Positions 27,672-37,220 of a DNA stretch of 64,000 bases are shown here, in pieces. Source of the stretch: Dehalococcoidia bacterium (GTDB lineage: Bacteria > Chloroflexota > Dehalococcoidia > SM23-28-2 > RBG-16-64-32); assembly GCA_963665775.2 (NCBI GenBank), contig CAXXTF010000002.1:1280001-1344000 (forward strand). The letters are read 5' to 3'. Made by a program: the position numbers and the translations under genes. Under the pieces are notes generated by a model. The model made no database searches and was not told the origin of the DNA. It saw nothing but the letters and a program-made list of their open reading frames with translations. Position 1 is the first letter of the stretch. Every line of letters starts with the position of its first letter.

Positions 27672-28799
27672 ATGTTGTGGCAGAAGCTCCGCAAGATATC
27701 CGGCGAGCGCGGCCAGGGTCTGATCCTGGCCGCATTAGGTATGACGGTCTTTCTCGGCTTCGTTGCGCTAGCCGTGGACGGCGGCCTCTATCTCCACGAG
27801 CGTCGCCAGCTTCAGAACGCCGCCGACGCCGCCACCCTGGCCGGCGTAGTCTTCCTCCCCGGCGATACGGCCGCTGCGGAAAAGGCGGCGCGGGATTGGG
27901 CGGCTAATAACGGCATGGAGCCGGACGAGATAGCGGCGGTAGAGTTCCAGCACAGTAACACACTCATCCGGATGAGAGTGCAGCGGGACGTTCCCGCCGT
28001 GTTCGCGCGCGTGCTAGGCTTCATCAACTTTAAGGTGCACGCCAGCGCGGCCGCCCAGATAGGATCCATAAGTGGCGTCACCGGCCTGGCACCCTTCGGC
28101 GTCCTGGAGGGAGCTGTCAACTACTGCGACACTCCGCCGCCTCTGGACTGCCTGGTGACCCTTAAATACGATGTGAAGAATTCCGGCGCTACTATCGGTG
28201 ACCTGAACTTTGATGGCAAGGGCGGCGGCGGCCAGGAACTGTTCACCCTGATAAAGGGCGGAAATAGAATCCCGGTCTGTTCCGTAAACGAACCATCCCC
28301 CCCTCCAGGATGCCAGACCATAGAGCCCCAAAAAACGGGCAATACGACCGGCAAGATCCGGGAGGGCGTCATCTGGCGCCTTGACGAGACCACAGCCCAG
28401 TGCGACACGATAGCCGAAGTGGTCGGGCCAGACGTGGATGACGACGGTAAGCTTGAAATAGTCACAGAGCGCAACCCTTGGAGCAAGGCGGCATCGGACA
28501 CCGACGACGACGGCGGCACCTGCGACAACTTGCCCGGAGGCATAGGCAGCTGTCGTCTTCTCGCCATTCCGGTGATACAAGGTGTTGACGATATTTCGTT
28601 TCCGCCTCCGAACGAGGCCGTGACAAACGTTAGATTTGCCCTCTTCTGGCTGCTTCCCTTTGAGAATAACGGGGCTTGCTCGGGTAATTCCTGTGAGATA
28701 CAGGGCTACTTCATCGACGCCGAGGTCAGCGTTAACGGCCTGCTGGGCGCTTTCAACCCAGAGAATAACCCGTTCGTGGTCTCCAAGTTGGTGGAGTAG
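27672..28799 (+). CDS. TadG-related pseudopilin/tip adhesin
   Basis: GERGQGLIL..ALAVDGG..RQLQNAADAATLAG; Cys-rich, Asp-rich C-terminal domain. Confidence 0.85.
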   Translation: MLWQKLRKISGERGQGLILAALGMTVFLGFVALAVDGGLYLHERRQLQNAADAATLAGVVFLPGDTAAAEKAARDWAANNGMEPDEIAAVEFQHSNTLIRMRVQRDVPAVFARVLGFINFKVHASAAAQIGSISGVTGLAPFGVLEGAVNYCDTPPPLDCLVTLKYDVKNSGATIGDLNFDGKGGGGQELFTLIKGGNRIPVCSVNEPSPPPGCQTIEPQKTGNTTGKIREGVIWRLDETTAQCDTIAEVVGPDVDDDGKLEIVTERNPWSKAASDTDDDGGTCDNLPGGIGSCRLLAIPVIQGVDDISFPPPNEAVTNVRFALFWLLPFENNGACSGNSCEIQGYFIDAEVSVNGLLGAFNPENNPFVVSKLVE

Positions 28800-28853
28800 A
28801 TCCGACATCCATTAACGAGGTGCTGTTTATTCCGTCAGCAATGGGGAGACTTC

Positions 28854-28880
28854 GTAACAGTAGTCGCCCTCCCGCCATCT
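28854..28880 (+). promoter_or_regulatory. Putative ECF promoter of cpaB operon
   Basis: CGTAACAG-N14-CCATCT, with ends identical to the flp promoter. Confidence 0.6.
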
Positions 28881-28918
28881 GTATGATTGTAACGTCCCGC
28901 AAGTAAGAGGAGAGAGCC

Positions 28919-29827
28919 ATGTTAAAGGTGCTGACCCTGCGCAATCAGAGGAACAAGCTGCCCCTGATATTGGCCTTGTTGTTGGGCCTCCTGGCGGCAA
29001 TGCTGACGGCAGTCTACCTCAGCAGCGCCGGCGACGATGGCGGGCAGAGCGCCGGCGCTCCGGTTATCGAGACCGCGTCGGCGGTAGTAGCAGCGGAGGA
29101 GATCCCAGCCGGAACCCAAATCACGGCCGACATGGTGACCGTCAAATCAATCCCTACGGATCCGGTGATCGCCAACGTTTTCCAGGTTAGCGGGGATGTG
29201 GTAGGGAAGGTTGCCCTCGTGCCCATTGTTCCCGGCGAGCAGATCATGGCCAGCCGCGTGGTGGCGATATCTGAAGCGGGACAAGTCTTAAATGCAGAGA
29301 ACCTGGCGGACACAGTGCCAATCGAGAAGGAAACCAACCCCTGTGAGATTACCGATTGCGGTTTGCGAGCAGTCTCCGTGCGGGTGGCACCGGCCACAGC
29401 CGCCGCGGGCTTGATCCGGCCCGGCGACCAGGTGGACGTTATAGCTGCCTTCAACGATGGCTCCGCTCTGACCGTGGTAACCGATGTGGAGGTCCTGGCC
29501 CTGGACACAGACTTTGAGCGCGTGATCAACTCGGGAGCCGCCGACACATCCGAGCTAGCAGTACTGGAGGGCGGCGAGGGGAATCCGGAGGCTGCCACAG
29601 CCACCCTGGCCCTGTGGCCGTCCGAGGCCCAGAAGGTGGCGGCTGCGGAGGAGATGACGGACAAGAATACCGACTGTCAGGGCAGCCTGCGCCTCTCCCT
29701 GCGCCATACAGGGCAGCCGGGGACGTTCGAGGTACCTGTGGGCCAGGGATACTGTGCCTACCTATTCGCGCTAGCTTGGGGCCTGGAAGTAGGTCCTGTA
29801 CCTGAGCAACTGGTTCCTCAGGATTAG
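28919..29827 (+). CDS. cpaB: Flp pilus assembly protein CpaB/RcpC
   Basis: N-terminal TM, SAF domain (VVAAEEIPAG), GLRAVSVRV, GLIRPGDQVDV. Confidence 0.9.
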   Translation: MLKVLTLRNQRNKLPLILALLLGLLAAMLTAVYLSSAGDDGGQSAGAPVIETASAVVAAEEIPAGTQITADMVTVKSIPTDPVIANVFQVSGDVVGKVALVPIVPGEQIMASRVVAISEAGQVLNAENLADTVPIEKETNPCEITDCGLRAVSVRVAPATAAAGLIRPGDQVDVIAAFNDGSALTVVTDVEVLALDTDFERVINSGAADTSELAVLEGGEGNPEAATATLALWPSEAQKVAAAEEMTDKNTDCQGSLRLSLRHTGQPGTFEVPVGQGYCAYLFALAWGLEVGPVPEQLVPQD

Positions 29828-29840
29828 GGTGGATAGATAG

Positions 29841-31094
29841 ATGAAACGCAACCCCCGGGTAATCATCGTCGATCAGAACACGACGGGTAGGGATGACGTC
29901 CAGAAGATGCTCGCTCTCGCCGGCTTCGCCGTAACGGGGGAGGCTGGCTACGGGATGGAGGCGATCGCTCTAGCCAAAGAGACGGGGCCCGACGTGGTCG
30001 TCATCTCCCTGGAGGAGCCCATCGTAAGGGCCCTGCAAACGGTGCAGGCTATGGCAGACCTCTTGCCGCAATCGCCCATTATCGCCTACTCCGCCTCTCG
30101 AGACCCGAACAGCCTACGCAAAGCGATGCTGGCCGGGGTCAACGATTACCTAATAACACCCCTCAACGAGGAGGAGCTCATCCAGTCAGTGCACACCGTG
30201 CTGAGCCAGGAGGAGCGGCGAAGGGCCCGCATAGCCGGGGAGATGGATGAGCCAGTGACCAGCCGCATCGTGATCACGGTATTCGGCGCCAAGGGTGGCA
30301 TCGGCAAGAGCACGATCTCCACGAACCTCGCCGCAGCGCTGGTTCAGAAGACTAACCAGTCAGTAGTGCTGGTCGATCTGGATACACGATTTGGGGATGT
30401 CGCAATTCTTATGGATGTCCCGGTCGAGCGAAGCATCGCCGACTTGGCGGTTCCGGAGGAGGAGATCAGTCGAGAGCTCGTTCAGGAATGCATCTATCAG
30501 CACAAGACGGGTGTGGCGATCCTCCCAGCACCGATGAGGCCGACGGACTGGCGCAACGTCCACGCCGGCCACATCGAGCGGTCTGTGAAGTTGCTGGCAC
30601 AGAGCTATGACTACGTGATTCTGGACACCCCCGGCACCTTTAACGACGTAGTGGCCCGATCCCTGGAGATGGCCACCCTGGTGTTGCTGGTGGCAACGAT
30701 GGACTTGGCCAGCCTGAAGGATACCTTGTTGGCGATCGACATGCTGCAATCCTGGAACTTCCCGCAGGAGAAGCTGAAGCTGGTGATCAACGCCACTAAC
30801 GAGGCGCACAAGGCGGATCCCCAAGAGGTGAAACGAATGTTGGGCCGCGATCTGTTTTGGTCAGTCCCCTACGACCGAAACATCAGCACGGCCACGCAGT
30901 TGGGGATACCGGTTGTGATGGCGAAGCCGGACTCCAGGGCTTCCGAAAGCCTGGTGGCAATGGCCTACGCCCTGAGCGGGGTGCGCCGCCAGCAGCAGCA
31001 AGATCAGAACGGCAAGAACCCTTCCAAAAGCAACCTAATAAGCCGAATCCTTGGGCAGAGACCGGAAGAAAAGCCGGAAGTAGCGGTGGAGTAG
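29841..31094 (+). CDS. cpaE: CpaE/TadZ pseudo-receiver plus MinD-like ATPase
   Basis: Receiver-like N-terminus, GAKGGIGKST, VDLDTRFGD, ILDTP. Confidence 0.88.
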   Translation: MKRNPRVIIVDQNTTGRDDVQKMLALAGFAVTGEAGYGMEAIALAKETGPDVVVISLEEPIVRALQTVQAMADLLPQSPIIAYSASRDPNSLRKAMLAGVNDYLITPLNEEELIQSVHTVLSQEERRRARIAGEMDEPVTSRIVITVFGAKGGIGKSTISTNLAAALVQKTNQSVVLVDLDTRFGDVAILMDVPVERSIADLAVPEEEISRELVQECIYQHKTGVAILPAPMRPTDWRNVHAGHIERSVKLLAQSYDYVILDTPGTFNDVVARSLEMATLVLLVATMDLASLKDTLLAIDMLQSWNFPQEKLKLVINATNEAHKADPQEVKRMLGRDLFWSVPYDRNISTATQLGIPVVMAKPDSRASESLVAMAYALSGVRRQQQQDQNGKNPSKSNLISRILGQRPEEKPEVAVE

Positions 31095-31098
31095 AAAG

Positions 31099-32451
31099 AT
31101 GACCAGATGGCAATCTACGGAGCTAGATACAGCCCCAGCACGCCCCGCTTCTGGTACTCCCAGGAGTGTTCCCGGCCGCTACAACGAGGATATGGAGCAA
31201 TTGGTCTTCCGCATGCACCAGACCCTGATTGAGGAGCTGGACGCGGACCAGATTAGCGCCATGCCGGCGGACGAGCGCCGGAAACTGGTGGAGCAGGCGG
31301 CTCAGACGGTGCTCCGGCGTGAGTTACCCACTGTGGGCGGCATCACGCGTGACCAGGTCGTCTCCCGGGTGGTGGACGAAGTAGTAGGACTGGGCCCTAT
31401 TGACATCCTGATCAGAGACGCCTCAATTTCGGAGGTGATGGTTAACGCCCCGGGGGAGATATTCTTCGAGCGGGAGGGCATCCTCTACCTGAGCGATGTG
31501 TCCTTCCGAGATGAGGACCACGTCCAGCGGATCATCGAGCGGATCATCGCCCCGCTGGGTCGCCGCGTGGATGAGTCATCGCCAATGGTGGATGCCCGCC
31601 TACCAGACGGCTCACGAGTGAACGTAATCATTCCGCCCGTGGCCCCTAAGGGCCCCACCATCACCATCCGTAAGTTCCGGGCTGACAAACTGACCATGGA
31701 GGACCTGATCAGCGCATCAACCCTCTCCAAAGAGCTAGCGGAGTTCCTCGAGGCCTGCGTGAAGATGAAGCTGAACATCCTGATCTCCGGCGGTACAGGC
31801 ACCGGCAAGACGACGTTCCTCAACGCCCTTTCGGCATACATCCCAGAGAGCGAGCGCATCCTGACCATCGAAGACCCGGTGGAGATAAAGATGCAACAGC
31901 CGCATGTCGTAAGCCTGGAGGCCCGACCGGCCAACATCGACGGCAAGGGCGAGATCACGCAGCGGGAGCTCTTGCGTAACACCCTCCGCATGCGGCCGGA
32001 TCGAATCATCATCGGCGAGGTGCGGGGCCCAGAGGCGTTCGATATGTTGAACGCCATGAACACCGGCCACGAAGGCTCTCTCTCCACGGTTCACGCCAAC
32101 TCGCCCCGGGACGCCTTAGCCCGCATCGAGAACATGGTGCTTATGGCCAACCTGGAGCTGCCCGACCGGGCGATCCGAGAGCAGACCGCCTCTGCTCTAC
32201 ATCTGATAATCCAGCTGGCCCGCTCCACGGACGGCGTGCGCCGGGTGACTCACGTTACGGAGGTCACCGGCATGGAGGGGCAAATAGTTACGATGCAGGA
32301 CCTGTTTCTCTTCCGGCAGACAGGTGTGGATCAGGAAGGGAAAGTCCTGGGAAGTATGGGTGCTACCGGCATTCGGCCCGGTTTCGCTGAGCGATTTCAG
32401 GCGGCCGGGATCAAGCTGCCGGAGCGGCTGTTCCTAGGCGCGATCAGGTGA
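31099..32451 (+). CDS. cpaF: Tad assembly ATPase CpaF/TadA
   Basis: RRVDESSPMVDARLPDGSRVN, GGTGTGKTT, LRMRPDRIIIGEVRG, MNTGHEG. Confidence 0.95.
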   Translation: MTRWQSTELDTAPARPASGTPRSVPGRYNEDMEQLVFRMHQTLIEELDADQISAMPADERRKLVEQAAQTVLRRELPTVGGITRDQVVSRVVDEVVGLGPIDILIRDASISEVMVNAPGEIFFEREGILYLSDVSFRDEDHVQRIIERIIAPLGRRVDESSPMVDARLPDGSRVNVIIPPVAPKGPTITIRKFRADKLTMEDLISASTLSKELAEFLEACVKMKLNILISGGTGTGKTTFLNALSAYIPESERILTIEDPVEIKMQQPHVVSLEARPANIDGKGEITQRELLRNTLRMRPDRIIIGEVRGPEAFDMLNAMNTGHEGSLSTVHANSPRDALARIENMVLMANLELPDRAIREQTASALHLIIQLARSTDGVRRVTHVTEVTGMEGQIVTMQDLFLFRQTGVDQEGKVLGSMGATGIRPGFAERFQAAGIKLPERLFLGAIR

Positions 32452-32455
32452 TCAC

Positions 32456-33433
32456 ATGGACCCCATAGTCATTCTGATCGCAGCGATGGTGCTCCTGGCC
32501 GTCTTCTCATTGGTGATTGGTCTCGGCGGCTCCCACAACAAGGAAGGGCTGGGGGATCGACTGGAGACATTCCGGTCGGACCAGCAGGCTCAGGCAGACC
32601 CAGAAGCGAATAGCCTTAGCCTTCGGAAGCGATCCTATAGCGACTTCCCCATCCTGAACACCTTCCTTTCGCACCTTAAGGGCTCGGAGAAAGTGGCTTT
32701 GCAGCTGGATCGAGCCGGAGTCCCGTTACGAGTGGGCGAGTATTACTTGATCCGCTACACTGTGGCGGCGCTCTTCTTCGTGGTACCTTTCGCTTTTAGC
32801 CAGACGCTCTTAACGCTGATCCTGAGCGTGCTCCTTGCCACAGTTGGCTATGCGCTGCCCGCAATGTATATAGGGCGGAGGAAAGCATCCCGTATGTCCC
32901 GGATGAACGCCCAGTTGGCGGAGCTGCTAGATCTAGTAGCCAATTCCCTCAAGTCCGGTTACGGCCTAATGCAGAGCCTTGATTTCGCGGCGCGGCAGAT
33001 AAGCGACCCGCTTTCCGCAGAAGTGCGCAGGACGTTGCGCGACGCCAACCTGGGCATGAGCACTGAAGAGGCGCTGGACGCCCTGGGGGAACGTGTTTCC
33101 AGTCCGGACCTGGACATGGTTCTGACGGCCATCAATATCCAGCGGTCAGTAGGCGGCAACCTGGCCGAGATTCTGGAGTCTGTTACCTTCACCATGCGAG
33201 AGCGGAAACGTATCCGGGGAGAGATCTCAACCCTGACCTCACAGGGGATAATGACCGGCATCCTCATCGGGGGACTACCCGTAGGCGTAGGCCTGCGCTT
33301 CATGGTCATCAATCCAAGTTACATGAGCTTACTGTTCACGGAGACAGCGGGCCGCATTATCCTCCTCGCAGCCGTGGGGCTGGAGGGCCTGGGCATCCTA
33401 TCGATAAAGCGGGTCCTGGCCATCGAGGTATAG
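32456..33433 (+). CDS. tadB: TadB (T2SS F family)
   Basis: ANSLKSGYGL, AINIQRSVGGNLAEIL. Confidence 0.9.
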   Translation: MDPIVILIAAMVLLAVFSLVIGLGGSHNKEGLGDRLETFRSDQQAQADPEANSLSLRKRSYSDFPILNTFLSHLKGSEKVALQLDRAGVPLRVGEYYLIRYTVAALFFVVPFAFSQTLLTLILSVLLATVGYALPAMYIGRRKASRMSRMNAQLAELLDLVANSLKSGYGLMQSLDFAARQISDPLSAEVRRTLRDANLGMSTEEALDALGERVSSPDLDMVLTAINIQRSVGGNLAEILESVTFTMRERKRIRGEISTLTSQGIMTGILIGGLPVGVGLRFMVINPSYMSLLFTETAGRIILLAAVGLEGLGILSIKRVLAIEV

Positions 33434-33445
33434 ATAGTAGGAGTC

Positions 33446-34360
33446 ATGCTGATAGCGCTCATCGCTTGCGCCGTGTTCGGGTCGGTAGCACTTCTGGTCA
33501 TCGGCCTGGGCCGCCGCACGTCCTCAGTTATGGAGTCTCGACTGGACGAGTTCCGCGACCAAACAACGATGTTTGACGGGGAAGAGGCTGACCTAAACAT
33601 ATCCTTCGCCGCCCGCATCCTGAAACCGGGGATGGAAGGTATGGCGGGGGCGTTCGGATCGGTGCTGCCGGCCTCACTACTGACCAAACTAGAACGACAG
33701 CTGGTCATGGCTGGCAACCCAATGACGTTGAACACCTTCGTGGGTATCTGGGCCGCCTGCGTCCTCTTCATGACAGGATTTATCCTGTTTGCTGTGATAA
33801 CGGTAGGCATGACGGTAGGACCTCTGCAGGCATTCATGGTGCTGGTCTTCGGCATAGTGGGGTGGATGTTGCCGCGCATATGGCTAAGCGGAAGGGTGAA
33901 GGCTAGGCAGAAGGAGGTCGTAAAGTCGTTACCGGACGCCCTGGACCTGGTGACGGTGTGTGTGGAGGCAGGGCTGGGCCTGGACGCCGCTCTGGCCCGC
34001 GTGGCCAGTTGGAGCGATGGGCCCCTGGCGGATGAGATCACCCGGATGCTGCGAGACATCACGATGGGAAAGCTGCGCCGGGAGGCCCTCATAGAGCTGA
34101 CTGAGCGCCTGGAGGTGGAGGAGCTAACCAGCTTCGTCAACTCCGTGATACAAGCTGAACAGTTGGGCGTGGGTATAGCCCAGGTGCTCCGTGTGCAGTC
34201 AGAGCAGATCAGGACCCGTCGCCGCCAGAAGGCGGAGAAAGCCGCTCATGAGGCAGCGATCAAGATGCTCTTCCCATTGGTGCTGTTCATATTCCCGGCG
34301 TTCATCCTGGTGATATTGGGCCCAGCCGGGATCCGCATCACGCAGTCACTCGCCAAATAG
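33446..34360 (+). CDS. tadC: TadC (T2SS F family)
   Basis: LPDALDLVTVCVEAGLGLDAAL, QAEQLG, KMLFPLVLFIFP. Confidence 0.92.
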   Translation: MLIALIACAVFGSVALLVIGLGRRTSSVMESRLDEFRDQTTMFDGEEADLNISFAARILKPGMEGMAGAFGSVLPASLLTKLERQLVMAGNPMTLNTFVGIWAACVLFMTGFILFAVITVGMTVGPLQAFMVLVFGIVGWMLPRIWLSGRVKARQKEVVKSLPDALDLVTVCVEAGLGLDAALARVASWSDGPLADEITRMLRDITMGKLRREALIELTERLEVEELTSFVNSVIQAEQLGVGIAQVLRVQSEQIRTRRRQKAEKAAHEAAIKMLFPLVLFIFPAFILVILGPAGIRITQSLAK

Positions 34361-34376
34361 GTAAGGAGCGATAGAT

Positions 34377-34754
34377 ATGGCTCTGGGGCAGAAGATCCGC
34401 GCATTACGCGGAGAGCTGGGCATGAGCCAGGCGCAGCTGGCCTCCTCCGCCAAGCTGAGCCAGGGCTATCTGTCACAGCTTGAGAACGACGAGGTGCAGA
34501 ACCCCAGCGCCGCCGTGATCTTCCGGCTGTCCAAGGCTATTAACGCGGATCCGGGCCGGCTGTTCCAGGCGGCCGGCTACTCCGAGATAGAAGCAAGCAA
34601 GAGCAACGGAAGCGACAGCTTCGACGCCACCGTGGACCCAGAACTATTGCGCTTCATGGCCCACCTCCCTCGGGAGCAGCAAACGCATCTCCTCCGCCTA
34701 CTGCGTACATTGGAGCGCAGGACGACCGCGGAGGCGGAGGCCAGCCGCCCCTAA
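34377..34754 (+). CDS. XRE-family HTH regulator 1 (SinR-like)
   Basis: LGQKIRALR..MSQAQLA..LSQGYLSQLE..NPSA; short C-terminal helical domain. Confidence 0.9.
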   Translation: MALGQKIRALRGELGMSQAQLASSAKLSQGYLSQLENDEVQNPSAAVIFRLSKAINADPGRLFQAAGYSEIEASKSNGSDSFDATVDPELLRFMAHLPREQQTHLLRLLRTLERRTTAEAEASRP

Positions 34755-34812
34755 TCGAGGCACTCAGGCAAGACAATTCCGCCCTGCGCCAGCCGGCGGT
34801 GCGAGCCTCCAG

Positions 34813-35181
34813 ATGAATGAGATGATCCAGGTAAGAAACGAAACAAAGGGAACGGTAGTGGCAGACGAGACGCAGGTAGCCGACAGTGTCCGCACCCGGT
34901 TCTGGGGCCTCCTCGGTCGGCCTTCCCTGCCGGAGGGACACGGCCTCCTACTGCGACCCAGTTCCAGCATCCATACCGCCTTCATGCGGTTCGCCATCGA
35001 CGTGGTGTTTCTGGACAGGGAGAACCGGGTGGTAAAGGTCGTGCCGGAGATGAAGCCGTTCCGGATGGCGGTAACCTGGCCCTGCGCCCACAGCGCCCTG
35101 GAGCTACCGGCCGGAGCAGCGGCGCAGGCCCGGATAGAGCGCGGCGACCAGTTGGTAATAGCTGGGCAGGTAGCACGATAG
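34813..35181 (+). CDS. DUF192 family protein
   Basis: RFWGLLGR..GLLL..SIHTAFMRFAIDVVFLD..LELPAG. Confidence 0.88.
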   Translation: MNEMIQVRNETKGTVVADETQVADSVRTRFWGLLGRPSLPEGHGLLLRPSSSIHTAFMRFAIDVVFLDRENRVVKVVPEMKPFRMAVTWPCAHSALELPAGAAAQARIERGDQLVIAGQVAR

Positions 35182-35199
35182 GCGGATGAAAGTGTGCAT

Positions 35200-35269
35200 A
35201 TTGGCATACCAATCAGATACAGACGACCCATATCTTATATTGACAGGCAGAGGGGAACCGACGGACAAT
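35200..35269 (+). promoter_or_regulatory. Promoter and palindrome upstream of XRE 2
   Basis: ATTGG-cata-CCAAT at 35200-35213; TTGACA(35240)-N18-GACAAT. Confidence 0.45.
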
Positions 35270-35300
35270 CTGGAGAGCCCCGTGCTGAGAGTAGGAGCAG

Positions 35301-35768
35301 ATGAACCTAGGAGATAGGATACGCGGGCTGCGCGACACGCTTGGCCTGACTCAGGGTCGACTGGCCAACAGTGCCTCGCTGAGCCAAGGCTATCTGTCAC
35401 AGCTGGAAAAAGGGGACGTCAAGAACCCTTCCGCAGCTGTCCTCCTGCGGATAGCGCGGGCCACGGATGTGGACCCTGACGAACTGTTCGAGGCGGCCGG
35501 TTACCCCACAGTACGAACCCTGCGCCAGATCTATCGGAGCTATGAGTCGACCATAGAGCCAGACCTGCTGAGTTATCTCGGTCGCCTTCCCCGGGACCGC
35601 CAGAGACGCCTCTTCCACCTCCTGGAAGGGCTGCAGAGCCTGCTGCAAGGCACGGACCGAGATGGAGACATAGACGGATTCCGGAGGGGAGGCGATGAGC
35701 CGATGGCCGGCCCCCGTAGCGAGGAGCGCCACCCTCATCTCGAGCCCCTTCCCGTCTCAAAGAAATAA
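35301..35768 (+). CDS. XRE-family HTH regulator 2 (paralogue of regulator 1)
   Basis: LGDRIRGLR..LSQGYLSQLE..NPSAAV; LSQGYLSQLE is identical in XRE 1. Confidence 0.9.
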   Translation: MNLGDRIRGLRDTLGLTQGRLANSASLSQGYLSQLEKGDVKNPSAAVLLRIARATDVDPDELFEAAGYPTVRTLRQIYRSYESTIEPDLLSYLGRLPRDRQRRLFHLLEGLQSLLQGTDRDGDIDGFRRGGDEPMAGPRSEERHPHLEPLPVSKK

Positions 35769-35771
35769 AGC

Positions 35772-35951
35772 ATGGCAGACTCGTCGGAGAATCGATCGTC
35801 GCTTGCGGATAAGATCGACCCTGACCTGCTCCAGATGCTGGCCAGAATGCCCAGGCGCCAGCAGCGACAGGTGCTCCTCCTGCTCATGGTGGTGGAGAAC
35901 CTGCTACATGAGATGATGCGGGAGCGGCGCTCAAGGGAAGAGCTGGAGTAG
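35772..35951 (+). CDS. 59-aa HTH-less homologue of the XRE C-terminal domain (SinI-like antirepressor candidate)
   Basis: Not in the ORF track. MADSSENRSSLADKIDPDLLQMLARMPRRQQRQVLLLLMVVENLLHEMMRERRSREELE* aligns with the C-termini of both XREs. Confidence 0.75.
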   Translation: MADSSENRSSLADKIDPDLLQMLARMPRRQQRQVLLLLMVVENLLHEMMRERRSREELE

Positions 35952-35981
35952 CGCCTAAGAGGGGGATCGAGGACGGTGATG

Positions 35982-36009
35982 GCCCGCCAATCAGGCGGGC
36001 TTATTTTAT
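35982..36009 (+). terminator. Rho-independent terminator
   Basis: GCCCGCC-aatca-GGCGGGC followed by TTATTTTAT. Confidence 0.7.
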
Positions 36010-36035
36010 GTGGGCGCAGTCGTCCCCCGTAGCAG

Positions 36036-37220
36036 CTAGGGAATGACCACCGCTCGCATACTTTCGGCGATGGTCTGCAGGTCACCAGGACCCATCACGG
36101 GTCCATCGATGAAGTGGATGATCGTGCGCAGGCCGGCCCGGTCGAACACCAGGCTCTGAGCGCCGCCTTCACCCCAGACTATCTGGCTACCGGACGTCTG
36201 CCAGGACCCCTGGACGTAGGTGGCAGGGGTCCCATCAGACAGGATGCGGTCCAGAGCGAAGCCCTGCAGAACCGCGATGTCGTCGCCGGAGGCGCGCTCC
36301 TGATAGATAAGGATTGTGGGCGGGCTGATCGACTCCAGGCCGACATCCCCTGCGTAGGCGAGGAGGAATACACCGCCTTCGCCCGCTGTCAGGGGCTGCG
36401 GGTAGTAGGTGGAGGAGACCTGCCGAAAGCCGGGAGGGATACTCGTTGGCTCCCACACCGGCTGCCCCAGCAGCGCTGAGGCCTCACTGAGAGTGACATC
36501 GGCACCCTCCACGACATCGGCGTAGGAAGGGACGATGGGTGGAGCGCCGGTCTCAGATACGCCCATATAGTCGCCCACGATCCGGACCACTTGAGCCACC
36601 GGATGGTTGGCGAGGCCGGTGGCCGGGATAGGCCCCAGGGCAGCTACCAGGAGGGCGGCGGCGGCACCGGAGGCCGCGAGCCTGGGCCAAAGACGGCCCC
36701 CGAGGTCCCCGAAGAGCCGGCCACGCGGATGGGCTGGTCGGAGCGGAGCCTGCGGCTTCAGTCCCGCACCCTCCCGGGTGGGCTCGGCCAGGGCCAGCTC
36801 CCCCTCGCGAGCGCGGATGCGGGCCTGTACCTGCTGCCAGACGGCACCCCGCTGTTCTTCGGCAAGGATCGCGCCCTGCTCAGCCACGCGGCGACGGAGA
36901 GCGCTGATATCCTGCAACCCCTGGTTATCGAACTCCAGCCCGCTGTCGGTGACAGCCGACTCGACAGGGCCCTCAATCGAATCCGTGAACCTATTGGGCT
37001 CTTCCGTCTTCGTGTGCCGGAGGCGGCTGAGCACCTCCCGCCAGACTACCGCCTCATGCTGGGCAGCCGCGTGGGCCGAGGAGCGAGCGGCCTCCAGGCG
37101 AATCCTGGCAATACCCAGCAGTTCCTGCAACTCGTAGTCATCTAGGGGGTCGGGCTGACGCCCCTGAACGAGAGCTTCGACAGCGCGGGCCAGCTGACCA
37201 GCCCGCTCATACTCTCTCAC
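36036..37220 (-). CDS. Putative membrane anti-sigma factor with extracytoplasmic DUF4367-like domain
   Basis: Overlaps the sigma stop codon; cytoplasmic N-terminus, one hydrophobic segment, then PTSIPPGF...ILIYQE...GSW...LVFDRAGL. Confidence 0.7.
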   Translation of the reverse strand: MREYERAGQLARAVEALVQGRQPDPLDDYELQELLGIARIRLEAARSSAHAAAQHEAVVWREVLSRLRHTKTEEPNRFTDSIEGPVESAVTDSGLEFDNQGLQDISALRRRVAEQGAILAEEQRGAVWQQVQARIRAREGELALAEPTREGAGLKPQAPLRPAHPRGRLFGDLGGRLWPRLAASGAAAALLVAALGPIPATGLANHPVAQVVRIVGDYMGVSETGAPPIVPSYADVVEGADVTLSEASALLGQPVWEPTSIPPGFRQVSSTYYPQPLTAGEGGVFLLAYAGDVGLESISPPTILIYQERASGDDIAVLQGFALDRILSDGTPATYVQGSWQTSGSQIVWGEGGAQSLVFDRAGLRTIIHFIDGPVMGPGDLQTIAESMRAVVIP

